From: Salinivibrio siamensis
Lineage (GTDB): Bacteria > Pseudomonadota > Gammaproteobacteria > Enterobacterales > Vibrionaceae
DNA length: 24,000 nt
Assembly (NCBI RefSeq): GCF_001996005.1
Contig: NZ_MUFB01000002.1
Coordinates: 1 to 24,000 of the forward strand
Reading direction: 5' to 3'
Under the pieces are notes generated by a model. It had not been told where the DNA came from, did not search any database, and was given only the letters and a program-made list of their open reading frames with translations. This document shows positions 1 through 9,946 of the stretch, piece by piece (the stretch's first letter is position 1; each line of letters starts with the position of its first letter). Position numbers and translations under genes: made by a program.

Positions 1-152
1 GAAGATAGCGTTAGTGGTGAGCTATCTAAGAAAATGCGGCTTTAACATGGCGGATATAAGGCAAATTGGCTTCTATCCGCCAATTTGGGCGTTGGTCGGT
101 AGCGACCACTCTCTAACAAAAAATATCGCGATCGCGGCCTACGGCCGCTTAT

Positions 153-184
153 CAAAAAGAACCCCGCCTAAAAAGGCGGGGTTC
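153..184 (-). terminator. Rho-independent terminator of gor (read on minus strand)
   Basis: Perfect 10-bp GC-rich stem, gaaccccgcc (159-168) with ggcggggttc (175-184), and a 6-nt loop. The A-run at 154-158 becomes a U-tract on the minus strand. It lies about 60 nt downstream of the gor stop. Confidence 0.6.
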
Positions 185-196
185 GTCAGCAATCTG

Positions 197-221
197 ACGC
201 CGTGTTGAACACGGCGTTTTG
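197..221 (+). terminator. Rho-independent terminator for an unidentified plus-strand transcript entering from the left edge
   Basis: Stem acgccgtg (197-204) pairs with cacggcgt (210-217), followed by TTTT (217-220) on the plus strand only. Confidence 0.55.
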
Positions 222-243
222 ATGTGAGCCCATTTCGCGCGGT

Positions 244-1599
244 TTAGCGCATGGTAACAAACTCTTCTGACCCGGTGGGGTGAATCGCGACCACACTATC
301 AAAGTCCGCTTTGGTGGCGCCCATCTTCATCGCTACCGCAAAACCTTGAATCATTTCATCAACGGTAAAGCCAATACCGTGCAGACCGACCACTTTTTCT
401 TCATCGCCCGCGCAAACCAGTTTCATCTTACAGGGTTGACGGTGCTGAGTGACGGCGGTGTACATGGCCGCAAAGCTGGAGGTATAGACTTTAATATTGT
501 CATCGCCGTATTTGGCACGCGCCTCTGGTTCGCTCAAACCAATGGTGCCAATGGGTGGGTGACTGAATACCACGGTGGGAACCAAATCATAGTCCATTTT
601 GGCATGCGTTTGGCCGTTAAACAGACGTTCTGAGAGCAGACGTCCAGCTTTGACGGCGACAGGCGTCAGCTCAATCCCGCCATCCATGATATCCCCGACA
701 CAGTGAATGTGTGGGACGCTGGTGGTCTGATAGGGATCAACCTTGATGTAGCCATCGGCCGTGGTCTGCACGTCGGTGGCGCCGAGGTTGATTTTATCGG
801 TCGTCGGGTGACGGCCAATCGCCCAGATCAGGGTGTCCGTGTTGTGGGTGGTGCCGTTTTCAAAGGCCAGAGTCAGGCTACCATCACTTTCTTCAGTGAC
901 CGACACGGGGACATGTTGGGTGTGAAGAGTGGGGCCTTCTTTTTCCATTACCTCGACCAAGGTGTCGGTGACCATAGGGTCGAAGGTGCGTAATGGGCGG
1001 TCTTTACGCACAAATAAGTGGGTATCAGAGCCCAAAGCATGCAGTACGCCGGCGATTTCGACCGCAATGTAACCCGCACCGACCACGGCCACGCGTTTAG
1101 GTTGCTCGGGGAGGGCAAAGAAGCCATCGGAGTCAATCCCCAACTCTGCGCCTGGAATGTTCGGAATAGTGGGAGTGCCCCCCACGGCAATCAGAAAGTG
1201 ATCGGCGGTGTAGTGCTCGCCATCCACTTCTACCGTGTTGTTATCGACAAAGCGGGCAAAACCACGAATGACATCGATATTGTTTTTACCCAGAACGTTG
1301 TCGTAAGCCTTATGAATGCGGCTAATGTAGGCTTCACGGTTATCCACTAAGGTCGACCAATTAAAGCCTTTCACGTCCACATCAAAGCCATAGTCTGATG
1401 CGTAAAGGTTAAGGGCTTCGGCTACTTGAGCGCCGTGCCACATGACTTTTTTAGGGACACAGCCTACGTTTACGCAGGTGCCACCAAGGTGCTTTGCTTC
1501 AATAAGGGCGACGTTAGCACCGTGCATCGCGGCACGGTTGGCTGAGGCAATACCGCCGCTGCCGCCACCGATACAGATGTAGTCGAAATGCTTCGCCAT
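244..1599 (-). CDS. gor: Glutathione-disulfide reductase (451 aa)
   Basis: The track ORF 244..1764 is trimmed to the ATG at 1599, which has a GGAGAA SD just upstream on the minus strand. The N-terminus [16 protein letters not shown] is the FAD GxGxxG motif. The redox-active disulfide [13 protein letters not shown] and the C-terminal HPTGSEE His-Glu pair are present. Length matches E. coli Gor (450 aa). Confidence 0.95.
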   Translation of the reverse strand: MAKHFDYICIGGGSGGIASANRAAMHGANVALIEAKHLGGTCVNVGCVPKKVMWHGAQVAEALNLYASDYGFDVDVKGFNWSTLVDNREAYISRIHKAYDNVLGKNNIDVIRGFARFVDNNTVEVDGEHYTADHFLIAVGGTPTIPNIPGAELGIDSDGFFALPEQPKRVAVVGAGYIAVEIAGVLHALGSDTHLFVRKDRPLRTFDPMVTDTLVEVMEKEGPTLHTQHVPVSVTEESDGSLTLAFENGTTHNTDTLIWAIGRHPTTDKINLGATDVQTTADGYIKVDPYQTTSVPHIHCVGDIMDGGIELTPVAVKAGRLLSERLFNGQTHAKMDYDLVPTVVFSHPPIGTIGLSEPEARAKYGDDNIKVYTSSFAAMYTAVTQHRQPCKMKLVCAGDEEKVVGLHGIGFTVDEMIQGFAVAMKMGATKADFDSVVAIHPTGSEEFVTMR

Positions 1600-1882
1600 G
1601 TCTTTCTCCATCTTATAGGCACTGAGTGCCACTGGCATTGATATCGAGGTCAGCTTGTCGTGTTTGGCGTCGCTTGTAAAGCCACTATCTCTGACCCCTA
1701 CAGACATAGCATACCAAACCGACAGTGCGGCAGCAGTCTCAGAATCATTTTGTAACGCTCGCAATACACCCCGCTAAACGGGGAGGGATTGAAAAGCGTA
1801 TAGAGAGACGGCATATAGATAAGGTTACTTATCTGCCCGGGGCTCGCGATGCGAGCGCCTTATCAGCAAAAAGGAAGGCACT

Positions 1883-3925
1883 ATGTCCAACCCGCTTCTT
1901 CAATTTGAGGATTTACCTCCGTTTTCCGCCATTAAGCCAGAGCATGTCAAACCAGCAGTGGAAGCCGCGATTGCTGACTGTCGCCAAGCGGTAGATGCCG
2001 CGGCGGCGACTGAGCAACCCAGCTGGGATTCGGTCAGTGTGCCTGTCACAGAGGCGGAAGATCGACTTGGCCGCATCTGGTCACCGGTGAGCCATATGAA
2101 TGCGGTGGTCAATAGTCAGCCATTGCGTGAGGCGTATGAAAGCTGCCTGGCGTTACTGTCGGAATACTCCACCTGGCGTGGTCAGCACAAGGGGTTATAC
2201 CAAGCATACAAAGCGATGAAAGACAGTGCTGAGTTTTCCGCCCTCGATGTGGCACAGCAAAAAGCGATTAACGATGCGCTGCAAGACTTTGAACTGTCCG
2301 GAATTGCCTTGCCAGCCGACCAGCAACACCGCTTTGGTGAGATTCAAAAGCGGTTGTCGGAGCTGTCATCATCGTTTAGCAACAATGTGCTCGATGCCAC
2401 CATGGGGTGGAGCAAGCTGATTAGCGATGAAAGTGACTTAGCGGGGTTACCCGAATCGGCGCGCAACGCGGCAAAAGCGCAAGCCGAGAGCAAGTCACAA
2501 CAAGGTTACTTATTTACCCTGGATATCCCTTCGTATCTGCCCGTCATGATGTACTGTGATAACCGAGCGCTGCGTCAGGAAATGTACGAAGCCTTTACCA
2601 CGCGCGCCTCTGATCGCGGGCCGCAGGCGGGGCAGTGGGACAATACTGAGCTGATGAACGAGTCGCTGCGCCTCAAGCATGAGTTAGCACGTCTACTTGG
2701 CTTTAATCACTACAGTGAACTATCCCTCGCCACGAAAATGGCGGAAACCCCAGACCAGGTGATGGGCTTTTTGAATGATCTGGTCGATAAAGCGCGCCCA
2801 CAAGGCGAGCGTGAATTCGCGGAAGTGAAAGCCTATGCCAAAGAAGAGTTTGGGGTTGATGCCCTCGAGCCTTGGGATATCCCTTATTACAGTGAAAAAC
2901 TCAAGCAAGCACGCTACACCATCTCTGACGAAACGCTTCGCCCTTACTTCCCTGAAGCACGTGTACTCTCCGGCTTGTTTGAAGTGATGCATCGTGTGTT
3001 TGGCATGACGATTACCGAGCGTAAAGGCATTGACACCTGGCATGACAGTGTGCGCTTTTATGATATTCATGATAGCCAAGGCACCCTGCGCGGTAGCTTC
3101 TACCTTGACTTGTATGCGCGAGAAAACAAACGTGGCGGCGCATGGATGGATGAGTGTCGCGTTCGTCGTCGTCAAGCAGACGGTGAGCTACAAACGCCAG
3201 TGGCGTATTTAACCTGCAACTTTAACCCACCGGTGGGCGATGACCCTGCGCTGTTTACCCATGACGAAGTGGTGACCTTATTCCACGAATTTGGTCATGG
3301 CATTCACCATATGTTGACGCAAGTCGAAGTAGCGGATGTGTCAGGGATCAATGGTGTGCCTTGGGATGCGGTTGAGCTGCCAAGCCAGTTTTTAGAGAAC
3401 TGGTGCTGGGAGCAAGAGGCACTGAGCTTTATCTCGGGGCATTACCAAACGGGAGAAGCCTTACCGGAAGACATGCTAGAAAAAATGCTCGCCGCGAAGA
3501 ACTTTAATTCGGCGATGGCGATGTTGCGCCAGCTTGAGTTCAGTTTATTCGACTTCCGTTTGTTCAGTGAGTTTGACCCAGAGGTCGGCCCGCGGATCAT
3601 GGAAACACTCAGTGCGGTGCGTGAGCAGGTCTCTGTGGTTCCCGCGCCTGAGTGGAACCGTTTCCCGCACGCGTTTGGCCATATTTTTGCCGGTGGCTAC
3701 AGTGCAGGCTACTACAGCTATAAATGGGCAGAAGTGCTATCGAGCGATGCTTACTCGCGCTTTGAAGAAGAAGGGATCTTTAACCGCGACACCGGCGAGG
3801 ACTTCCTGAATCATATTCTCAGCCGTGGCGGCAGTGAGGCACCGAAAGATTTGTTTGTGCGCTTTAGAGGTCGCGAACCAAGCCCTGACGCCTTATTGCG
3901 TCATAGCGGGATCACCGCCGCGTAG
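1883..3925 (+). CDS. prlC: Oligopeptidase A (M3 family zinc metallopeptidase, 680 aa)
   Basis: Zinc site HEFGHGIHH (HExxH). Same length as E. coli PrlC/OpdA. AAGGAAGG SD at 1871-1878. Neighbours gor, as in enteric bacteria. Confidence 0.95.
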   Translation: MSNPLLQFEDLPPFSAIKPEHVKPAVEAAIADCRQAVDAAAATEQPSWDSVSVPVTEAEDRLGRIWSPVSHMNAVVNSQPLREAYESCLALLSEYSTWRGQHKGLYQAYKAMKDSAEFSALDVAQQKAINDALQDFELSGIALPADQQHRFGEIQKRLSELSSSFSNNVLDATMGWSKLISDESDLAGLPESARNAAKAQAESKSQQGYLFTLDIPSYLPVMMYCDNRALRQEMYEAFTTRASDRGPQAGQWDNTELMNESLRLKHELARLLGFNHYSELSLATKMAETPDQVMGFLNDLVDKARPQGEREFAEVKAYAKEEFGVDALEPWDIPYYSEKLKQARYTISDETLRPYFPEARVLSGLFEVMHRVFGMTITERKGIDTWHDSVRFYDIHDSQGTLRGSFYLDLYARENKRGGAWMDECRVRRRQADGELQTPVAYLTCNFNPPVGDDPALFTHDEVVTLFHEFGHGIHHMLTQVEVADVSGINGVPWDAVELPSQFLENWCWEQEALSFISGHYQTGEALPEDMLEKMLAAKNFNSAMAMLRQLEFSLFDFRLFSEFDPEVGPRIMETLSAVREQVSVVPAPEWNRFPHAFGHIFAGGYSAGYYSYKWAEVLSSDAYSRFEEEGIFNRDTGEDFLNHILSRGGSEAPKDLFVRFRGREPSPDALLRHSGITAA

Positions 3926-3941
3926 TGTCGCAGATCTTCAA

Positions 3942-3980
3942 TAAAAAAAGCCCGCATCATCACTGGTGCGGGCTTTTTTA
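3942..3980. terminator. Bidirectional rho-independent terminator between convergent prlC and gppA
   Basis: Stem agcccgca (3949-3956) pairs with tgcgggct (3967-3974). It is flanked by an A-run (3942-3949) and a T-run (3974-3979), so it can terminate on either strand. Confidence 0.8.
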
Positions 3981-3993
3981 TTCATCGCCGGTG

Positions 3994-5508
3994 TTAGATG
4001 CGAGTCTCGTCAGTGAGCACCACTAGGGGCAATCCAAGGCTTGATTGGCGCAAGGCCTCTTGCTCTAACTCGGCACGCAACAAGGGGCTGGCCTCGAGTA
4101 ATGTGGTGTCCAAGTGGAGGGTAAGGGCGTCCTCCTCGGCAGTGAGGGCTAGCATCGGTCGGACGCGACTGTCGCGTCGATGGCATAAGATCACCGCAAT
4201 TCGCAGCAGGCGCAACAGACGATTGGCGCTGGTGGTAGACAGCGCGTGCTGGCCATCAATGAGCACCAGTTGCTCTCGATAGTAGCGGAGTAAGGTGGCG
4301 ACCAATTGTTTCTGTGCTCGCGTAAAGCCGGGCAGATCGAGATGGGTGATCAAATACGCGGCATGATCACCATCTTGCTTAAAGCCAATGCTTAAACCAA
4401 TTTCATGCACGCAGGCGGCGGCATGGAGCAAGCTTTGTGCTTCCGGCTCAGGTACCCAGGATGCCGGACATTGATTGAGCAGCTCCAAGGCGGTGTCGGC
4501 GACATTGATACCGTGTGCTTCATCCAGCTGATAGCGCGACTGGATGCTGGCAATGGTGCGGGCACGAATATCGCTATGGCGCATCGCGGTCATCATTTCA
4601 TACACCAAGCCTTCTCGCAGGGCCCCACCCGCTAGGGTCATGCGTGTCACCTCTAAGCACTCGAAAATAGCGATCAGTATCGATAAGCCGCTTGGAAACA
4701 CCAGCGCACGTTCTAACGTCAACCCCTCGATATCCAATGCGTCCATTTGCCCACAGGCGATGGCTTGATCGCGCAAACGATGCAGTTTATCGAGTGTAAT
4801 CACTTCATCCATGCCTTGGGTGACCATGATCTCTTGCAGTGCCTGCACGGTGCCGCTGGCACCTACGCAGCAGTCCCAACCGAGCGCACGATATTGCGCA
4901 ATCAGCGGGGCTAACTCGGCTTTGGCGCCGGCAATCGCGGTATCAAACGCCGATTGATTGAGCACGCGATCGGCAAAATAGTCTTCTAAAAAGGTGACAC
5001 AGCCCATATTGAGGCTTTGCAGTAAGGTAGGTTCAAATTGCTCGCCGATGATGAGCTCGGTGCTGGCACCACCGATGTCGACCACCAAGCGTTTGCCCGC
5101 TCCGCCAGAGGTATGCGCGACCCCTTGGTAGATGGTACGCGCCTCTTCTTCCCCCGAAATGATTTCAATCGGGTGGCCAAGCAGTTTGTTAGCTCGGGCT
5201 AAAAACGCATCCGCGTTGCTTGCGCGACGTAGAGCCGCCGTGGCGACGACACGGATATTGTCGGTGTTGAAATCTTGCAGGCGCTCGGCGAACAAGGCCA
5301 AGCAATCCCAGCCACGCTGCATGGCTTCGTCGCTTAGCTGTTGTTGATCGTCCATACCTGCGGCGAGACGAACTTTTCGCTTAATTTTCGCGAGCGTTTG
5401 CACGCTGCCTGCCACTTGGCGCACCACCAGCATATGAAAGCTGTTGGAGCCTAAATCAATCGCGGCGTACAGCGACGGGGTCGATGTGGGATGTCCGTGA
5501 CCACTCAT
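3994..5508 (-). CDS. gppA: Guanosine pentaphosphate phosphohydrolase / exopolyphosphatase family (504 aa)
   Basis: N-terminal [19 protein letters not shown] and DIGGASTE are ASKHA phosphate-binding motifs of the Ppx/GppA family. The sequence aligns by eye along most of E. coli GppA. It sits 30 bp downstream of rhlB on the same strand, as in E. coli. Confidence 0.88.
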   Translation of the reverse strand: MSGHGHPTSTPSLYAAIDLGSNSFHMLVVRQVAGSVQTLAKIKRKVRLAAGMDDQQQLSDEAMQRGWDCLALFAERLQDFNTDNIRVVATAALRRASNADAFLARANKLLGHPIEIISGEEEARTIYQGVAHTSGGAGKRLVVDIGGASTELIIGEQFEPTLLQSLNMGCVTFLEDYFADRVLNQSAFDTAIAGAKAELAPLIAQYRALGWDCCVGASGTVQALQEIMVTQGMDEVITLDKLHRLRDQAIACGQMDALDIEGLTLERALVFPSGLSILIAIFECLEVTRMTLAGGALREGLVYEMMTAMRHSDIRARTIASIQSRYQLDEAHGINVADTALELLNQCPASWVPEPEAQSLLHAAACVHEIGLSIGFKQDGDHAAYLITHLDLPGFTRAQKQLVATLLRYYREQLVLIDGQHALSTTSANRLLRLLRIAVILCHRRDSRVRPMLALTAEEDALTLHLDTTLLEASPLLRAELEQEALRQSSLGLPLVVLTDETRI

Positions 5509-5538
5509 GATGCGCTCTGACCTATGTGCCGTTAAACC

Positions 5539-6828
5539 TTATGCCGACTTTTGCGGACGGCGACGTTGGCGGTTACGGTTATTTCCGCCACCTTTGTTGT
5601 TGCTGCGACGCTGCGTATTGGGGCGCTTGGCCATTTTCTTCGGCGGCGGCAAATCTTTTAGCAGTGCACTGCGGTCAAATTCGCTGACTGGAATACTGTG
5701 TTCGATGTATTCTTCAATCGCGGGGAGATTGACGGCGTATTCTTCACACGCAAAGCTGATGGAGCTACCACTGGCGCCTGCACGCCCCGTTCGGCCAATG
5801 CGATGCACGTAGTCTTGTGCGTCGTCTGGGAGATCATAATTAAACACATGGGTCACCTGCGGAATATGCAGGCCGCGCGCCGCGACATCAGTCGCCACCA
5901 ACAAATCCAGCTCACCATTGGTGAATTGTTCGAGGATTTTAACCCGTTTTTTCTGCGGCACGTCACCCGTAAGCAAGCCTACACGGTGGTTATCGGCGGC
6001 TAGATGCGCCCAAATCGATTCGCAGCGATGCTTAGTGTTGGCAAAAATGATCGCGCGTTCAGGCCAGTCTTCTTCGATCAAGGTTTGCAGCAGCGGCATT
6101 TTTTCCTTGTTCGATGGCTGGAACAACTCTTCTTTGATGCGATGGCCGGTAATTTGTTCGGGCTCGACCACCACATGCTCTGGGCTCGTCATGTGCTCGA
6201 AGGCCAGTTCTTGAACGCGATACGACAAGGTCGCCGAAAACAGCATGTTCAAGCGCTGATCGGGGGCGGGCATGCGGTTAAACAAAAAGCGGATATCTTT
6301 GATAAAACCGAGATCAAACATACGGTCGGCTTCATCAAGCACTACGGCTTGAATACCATGCAAATCAATCACTTTCTTTTTGTAAAAATCGATGATTCGA
6401 CCACAGGTTCCGATTAAAATGTCGACACCCTGTTCAAGTGTTTGTTGCTGTTTGTCGTAGCCTTCGCCACCATAGGCAAGTCCTGCGCTGATCGACGTAT
6501 TGGCTAATAGCGGCTCCGCATCATTATAGATCTGAATCGCTAATTCACGCGTAGGAGCTAATATGATGGCACGCGGTTGATTCTTTTTACGCGATGCAGG
6601 GGCATCGGTTGTAAGGAGGTGATGAAACGTCGCAGCCAGGAACGCCAGGGTTTTGCCAGTCCCCGTTTGCGCCTGTCCTGCAATGTCTTGGCCGGTGAGC
6701 AGGACCGGCAATGCCAAGGCTTGGATTGGGGTACATTGAGTAAACCCTTTGGCCTCCAAGCTCTTAAGAACATCGGCGTGCAAGCCGAGCTCGGCAAATT
6801 TCTGCTCTGTGATATGCGTCATTTTCAT
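5539..6828 (-). CDS. rhlB: ATP-dependent RNA helicase RhlB (DEAD-box, 429 aa)
   Basis: DEAD-box motifs [27 protein letters not shown] and [10 protein letters not shown], plus an Arg/Lys-rich C-terminal tail. Divergent from trxA, as in E. coli. Confidence 0.93.
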   Translation of the reverse strand: MKMTHITEQKFAELGLHADVLKSLEAKGFTQCTPIQALALPVLLTGQDIAGQAQTGTGKTLAFLAATFHHLLTTDAPASRKKNQPRAIILAPTRELAIQIYNDAEPLLANTSISAGLAYGGEGYDKQQQTLEQGVDILIGTCGRIIDFYKKKVIDLHGIQAVVLDEADRMFDLGFIKDIRFLFNRMPAPDQRLNMLFSATLSYRVQELAFEHMTSPEHVVVEPEQITGHRIKEELFQPSNKEKMPLLQTLIEEDWPERAIIFANTKHRCESIWAHLAADNHRVGLLTGDVPQKKRVKILEQFTNGELDLLVATDVAARGLHIPQVTHVFNYDLPDDAQDYVHRIGRTGRAGASGSSISFACEEYAVNLPAIEEYIEHSIPVSEFDRSALLKDLPPPKKMAKRPNTQRRSNNKGGGNNRNRQRRRPQKSA

Positions 6829-6940
6829 CCGGATAGAATATCAGCTTAGGCTTGCAATACGGAAGCGAATCCAGTCAAATAGTCCCATAATTTACTGGTC
6901 GCAATTTAGCCAGTAACAAAAACATGTATTGGAGTAGAAG

Positions 6941-7267
6941 ATGAGCGACAAAATTATGCAGCTAACCGACGACAGCTTTGAAGCAGACGTTCTAAAAGCT
7001 GCAGGGCCTGTATTGGTAGATTTTTGGGCAGAATGGTGTGGACCTTGCAAAATGATCGCGCCAATCCTGGACGAAATCGCTGAAGAATACGCAGGTAAAG
7101 TCACCATCGGAAAACTGAACATTGACCAGAACGCAGGTACACCGCCTAAGTTCGGCATCCGTGGTATCCCAACGTTGCTGCTCTTTAAAGATGGCAACGT
7201 AGCAGCAACCAAGGTTGGTGCAGTGTCAAAAACTCAGTTGAAAGAGTTTCTTGACGCCAACCTCTAA
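6941..7267 (+). CDS. trxA: Thioredoxin 1 (108 aa)
   Basis: WCGPCK active site. Canonical 108-aa length. GGAG SD upstream. Located directly upstream of rho. Confidence 0.96.
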   Translation: MSDKIMQLTDDSFEADVLKAAGPVLVDFWAEWCGPCKMIAPILDEIAEEYAGKVTIGKLNIDQNAGTPPKFGIRGIPTLLLFKDGNVAATKVGAVSKTQLKEFLDANL

Positions 7268-7276
7268 TGCTAAAGT

Positions 7277-7310
7277 AACCGTCGCTGCCTCTCAGCGGCG
7301 GTTGTTTTTC
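7277..7310 (+). terminator. Rho-independent terminator of trxA
   Basis: 11-bp stem aaccgtcgctg (7277-7287) pairs with cagcggcggtt (7293-7303), with one G-U pair and a 5-nt loop. TTTTT follows at 7305-7309. Confidence 0.75.
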
Positions 7311-7450
7311 TGCTAACTAGACGATACCCCATTTAGGTGCTACCTTATTGCACGGAATTTGTACTTCTGTTCATCTCTCGAACATACCACTGGTCTCGAC
7401 ACGCTAACTAATTTCAGACCTCAACTTTGACAAACAAGACACTCACCACT
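7311..7450 (+). promoter_or_regulatory. rho promoter/leader region with C-rich, G-poor composition (candidate autogenous Rho attenuator)
   Basis: My hand count of 7351-7450 gives 31 C and 12 G, and I see no strong hairpins there. In E. coli the rho leader is a Rho-dependent attenuator. I could not pin down promoter hexamers with confidence. Confidence 0.4.
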
Positions 7451-8716
7451 ATGAATCTTACCGAACTGAAGACTCAACCCGTCTCGACGCTGGTTGCGCT
7501 TGGCGAAAGCATGGGACTTGAAAACCTGGCTCGCTTGCGTAAACAGGACATCATTTTCTCGATCCTCAAACAGCACGCAAAAAGCGGTGAAGATATTTTC
7601 GGCAATGGCGTACTGGAAATTCTTCAAGACGGGTTTGGCTTCTTGCGCAGCGCAGACAGCTCGTATTTGGCCGGCCCGGACGACATTTATGTATCGCCAA
7701 GCCAAATTCGTCGCTTTAACCTGCGCACAGGCGATACCATCGCGGGTAAAATTCGGCCGCCAAAAGACGGCGAGCGCTACTTTGCGCTATTAAAAGTTAA
7801 CCAAGTTAACAGTGACAAGCCAGACAATGCTCGCAGCAAAATCCTGTTTGAAAACTTGACCCCATTGCACGCCAGCGAGCGCATGGTGATGGAACGTGGG
7901 AATGGCTCCACCGAAGACATCACCGCCCGTGTACTCGACTTAGCCTCGCCGATTGGTAAAGGGCAACGTGGCTTGATTGTGGCACCGCCAAAAGCGGGTA
8001 AAACCATGCTGCTGCAAAACATTGCGCAAAGCATCGCGTTCAACCATCCGGATTGTGAACTGATGGTGCTCTTGATTGATGAGCGCCCAGAAGAAGTGAC
8101 CGAGATGCAGCGCTTGGTGCAGGGTGAAGTGGTCGCGTCAACCTTTGACGAGCCAGCGAACCGTCACGTGCAAGTGGCTGAAATGGTTATCGAAAAAGCC
8201 AAGCGCTTGGTGGAGCACAAAAAAGACGTGGTGATCTTGCTGGACTCGATTACCCGTTTGGCGCGTGCTTATAACACGGTTGTACCGTCGTCAGGCAAAG
8301 TATTGACCGGTGGTGTTGACGCCAACGCCTTGCACCGTCCTAAGCGTTTCTTTGGTGCGGCGCGTAATGTGGAAGAAGGTGGCAGCTTGACCATTATTGC
8401 CACTGCGCTGGTGGACACAGGCTCGAAGATGGACGAAGTGATTTACGAAGAGTTTAAAGGCACGGGTAATATGGAATTACACCTGTCGCGTAAGATTGCT
8501 GAAAAACGTGTTTTCCCTGCCATCGATTTCACCCGCTCTGGTACCCGTCGTGAAGAGTTGCTGACCAAGCCCGATGAACTACAAAAAATGTGGATCTTGC
8601 GCAAGATTGTGCATCCAATGGGCGAGTTGGAAGGCATGGAGTTCTTGATTGGTAAATTGGCGATGTCCAAAACTAACAACGAGTTCTTTGATGCCATGCG
8701 TCGGCAAAACTCGTAA
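7451..8716 (+). CDS. rho: Transcription termination factor Rho (421 aa)
   Basis: The start is moved from the track's TTG (7427) to the ATG at 7451, giving MNLTELK... as in E. coli Rho. The sequence is near-colinear with E. coli Rho, including the Walker A PPKAGKT. Confidence 0.97.
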   Translation: MNLTELKTQPVSTLVALGESMGLENLARLRKQDIIFSILKQHAKSGEDIFGNGVLEILQDGFGFLRSADSSYLAGPDDIYVSPSQIRRFNLRTGDTIAGKIRPPKDGERYFALLKVNQVNSDKPDNARSKILFENLTPLHASERMVMERGNGSTEDITARVLDLASPIGKGQRGLIVAPPKAGKTMLLQNIAQSIAFNHPDCELMVLLIDERPEEVTEMQRLVQGEVVASTFDEPANRHVQVAEMVIEKAKRLVEHKKDVVILLDSITRLARAYNTVVPSSGKVLTGGVDANALHRPKRFFGAARNVEEGGSLTIIATALVDTGSKMDEVIYEEFKGTGNMELHLSRKIAEKRVFPAIDFTRSGTRREELLTKPDELQKMWILRKIVHPMGELEGMEFLIGKLAMSKTNNEFFDAMRRQNS

Positions 8717-8735
8717 TTGGTGACGCAATAGTGTT

Positions 8736-8764
8736 AAGCACTGCGCATTCGCAGTGCTTTTTTA
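8736..8764 (+). terminator. Rho-independent terminator of rho
   Basis: Perfect 10-bp stem aagcactgcg (8736-8745) pairs with cgcagtgctt (8750-8759), with a 4-nt loop. The T-run extends to 8763. Confidence 0.85.
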
Positions 8765-8852
8765 TTGCTCAGCGTATACGGAGCTCGCACAATACGAGTC
8801 ACCAAGGAAAGGTGACGCAGGACGCGTGACACCGAAGATAGGATTGCAACGG

Positions 8853-9872
8853 ATGGCAAGACGTTTTCGCATCAAGCTAGCAGGGATATGCTTAGGGATC
8901 GTGGGCTTTGTTTCCTCCACGGTGTCGGCATCCAACGAGCCAGCGGCCGATGGACAAATCGTAGCGCAGCCTTTTATCGAGCAAGTGCTAGATAAAGCCA
9001 GTACGGCGGATGCGATGCGTACTGCCTTTACCCTCCAAGCCAACGGCAATATCAATGCGCTTGAGTCACACATTCGCCAGCTCCCTCCTCTGACGCGTGA
9101 GGCAACCTTGTATCGGCTGCTCTCTTCACCGTTGCGGCTTGATAACGAGAAATGGCGCGAGTATCTCGTCACCTTAAGTCAGCAGCAGCCGCACTTCTTA
9201 TTGCGTCATCAACAAGATGGTTACTGGGTGACCACGCCAGCATTTCATTATGCCGCCGCGGCCCGCAAGCAGCTAAATCGCTATCGTCAGCAGCAATTAA
9301 CCCAAGAGCTCGGCATGCTATTGAGCTATCGCCAATTAGTGATGGCCGAATGGATTGACCCCGATCAGCCCGACTATCGTCAACGCCGTGACGCCTTGGT
9401 GACCATGATTGCCGATTATGACGCCGATGGCTTAGCGTATTTGGCCGATCAGTACCTCAATGATCCGACCTTAATGTGGATGCCCGACAATGCTATTTTG
9501 GCGGCGTTGGCACAAGCCACTGAGCGTTCTGCGCTGTATGAGCGATTGTGGCGCCGAGGCACCGATCAGTATAGCCTTGCGGCCTTGCACGCGCTGCGTG
9601 AGCGGGGAACTGACCCCTTTGCACTGCGGCAAATGATGGCGGCGGCTGACAACCCCTCGCTGCGAGGACCTGCGATTCGACAACTGGCCAATTTGTCGCC
9701 GTTACCTGCACCCGTTGCCGACTTTTTGCTAACACAGCTGTCGTTGCGTCAAGGTAAAGAAGTGGCACAACTGCTGGTGGAAGCGGGCAAGGGGGATTGG
9801 TTGAGCGGATTACAAGACCAGCTCGGGCCGCTTGGCCAACAGCACATTGCATCTGCGTTACCGTCGCGCTAA
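8853..9872 (+). CDS. Hypothetical secreted protein, alpha-helical/HEAT-like repeat appearance (339 aa)
   Basis: A long open frame trimmed to the ATG at 8853, because the track start at 8754 lies inside the rho terminator. The N-terminus MARRFRIKLAGICLGIVGFVSSTVSA|SNE looks like a Sec signal peptide with an AxA-type cleavage site. The rest is Leu/Ala/Gln/Arg-rich and looks helical. I recognise no catalytic motif. Confidence 0.65.
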   Translation: MARRFRIKLAGICLGIVGFVSSTVSASNEPAADGQIVAQPFIEQVLDKASTADAMRTAFTLQANGNINALESHIRQLPPLTREATLYRLLSSPLRLDNEKWREYLVTLSQQQPHFLLRHQQDGYWVTTPAFHYAAAARKQLNRYRQQQLTQELGMLLSYRQLVMAEWIDPDQPDYRQRRDALVTMIADYDADGLAYLADQYLNDPTLMWMPDNAILAALAQATERSALYERLWRRGTDQYSLAALHALRERGTDPFALRQMMAAADNPSLRGPAIRQLANLSPLPAPVADFLLTQLSLRQGKEVAQLLVEAGKGDWLSGLQDQLGPLGQQHIASALPSR

Positions 9873-9946
9873 TGTCGAGCCTTTACCGATCCGGATACCG
9901 CTTAACTTGGTATCATAGAGGCGACCATTAACTCCTTGAGTCTGAT

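Noticed and set aside
14-208. 64-aa plus-strand ORF at the left edge
   Set aside because: It would be translated straight through two terminator stem-loops (159-184 and 197-217). It has a GTG start with no visible SD and a low-complexity, Pro/Lys-rich tail. The same frame is open to the window edge, so a run-in gene cannot be fully excluded; see the finding for 1-243.
1600-1764. 55-codon N-terminal extension of the gor ORF (track start at 1764)
   Set aside because: The extension has no homolog-like sequence. The FAD-binding GxGxxG motif follows the ATG at 1599 directly, that ATG has a GGAGAA SD, and it gives a 451-aa product matching known Gor length.
1725-1994. 89-aa plus-strand ORF spanning the prlC start in another frame
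   Set aside because: It overlaps the strongly supported prlC start out of frame. It has no SD and is rich in Arg, Lys and Ile with no motif.
7427-7450. TTG start for rho proposed by the ORF track
   Set aside because: The ATG at 7451 reproduces the conserved MNLTELK N-terminus of Rho. The 8 extra codons have no counterpart.
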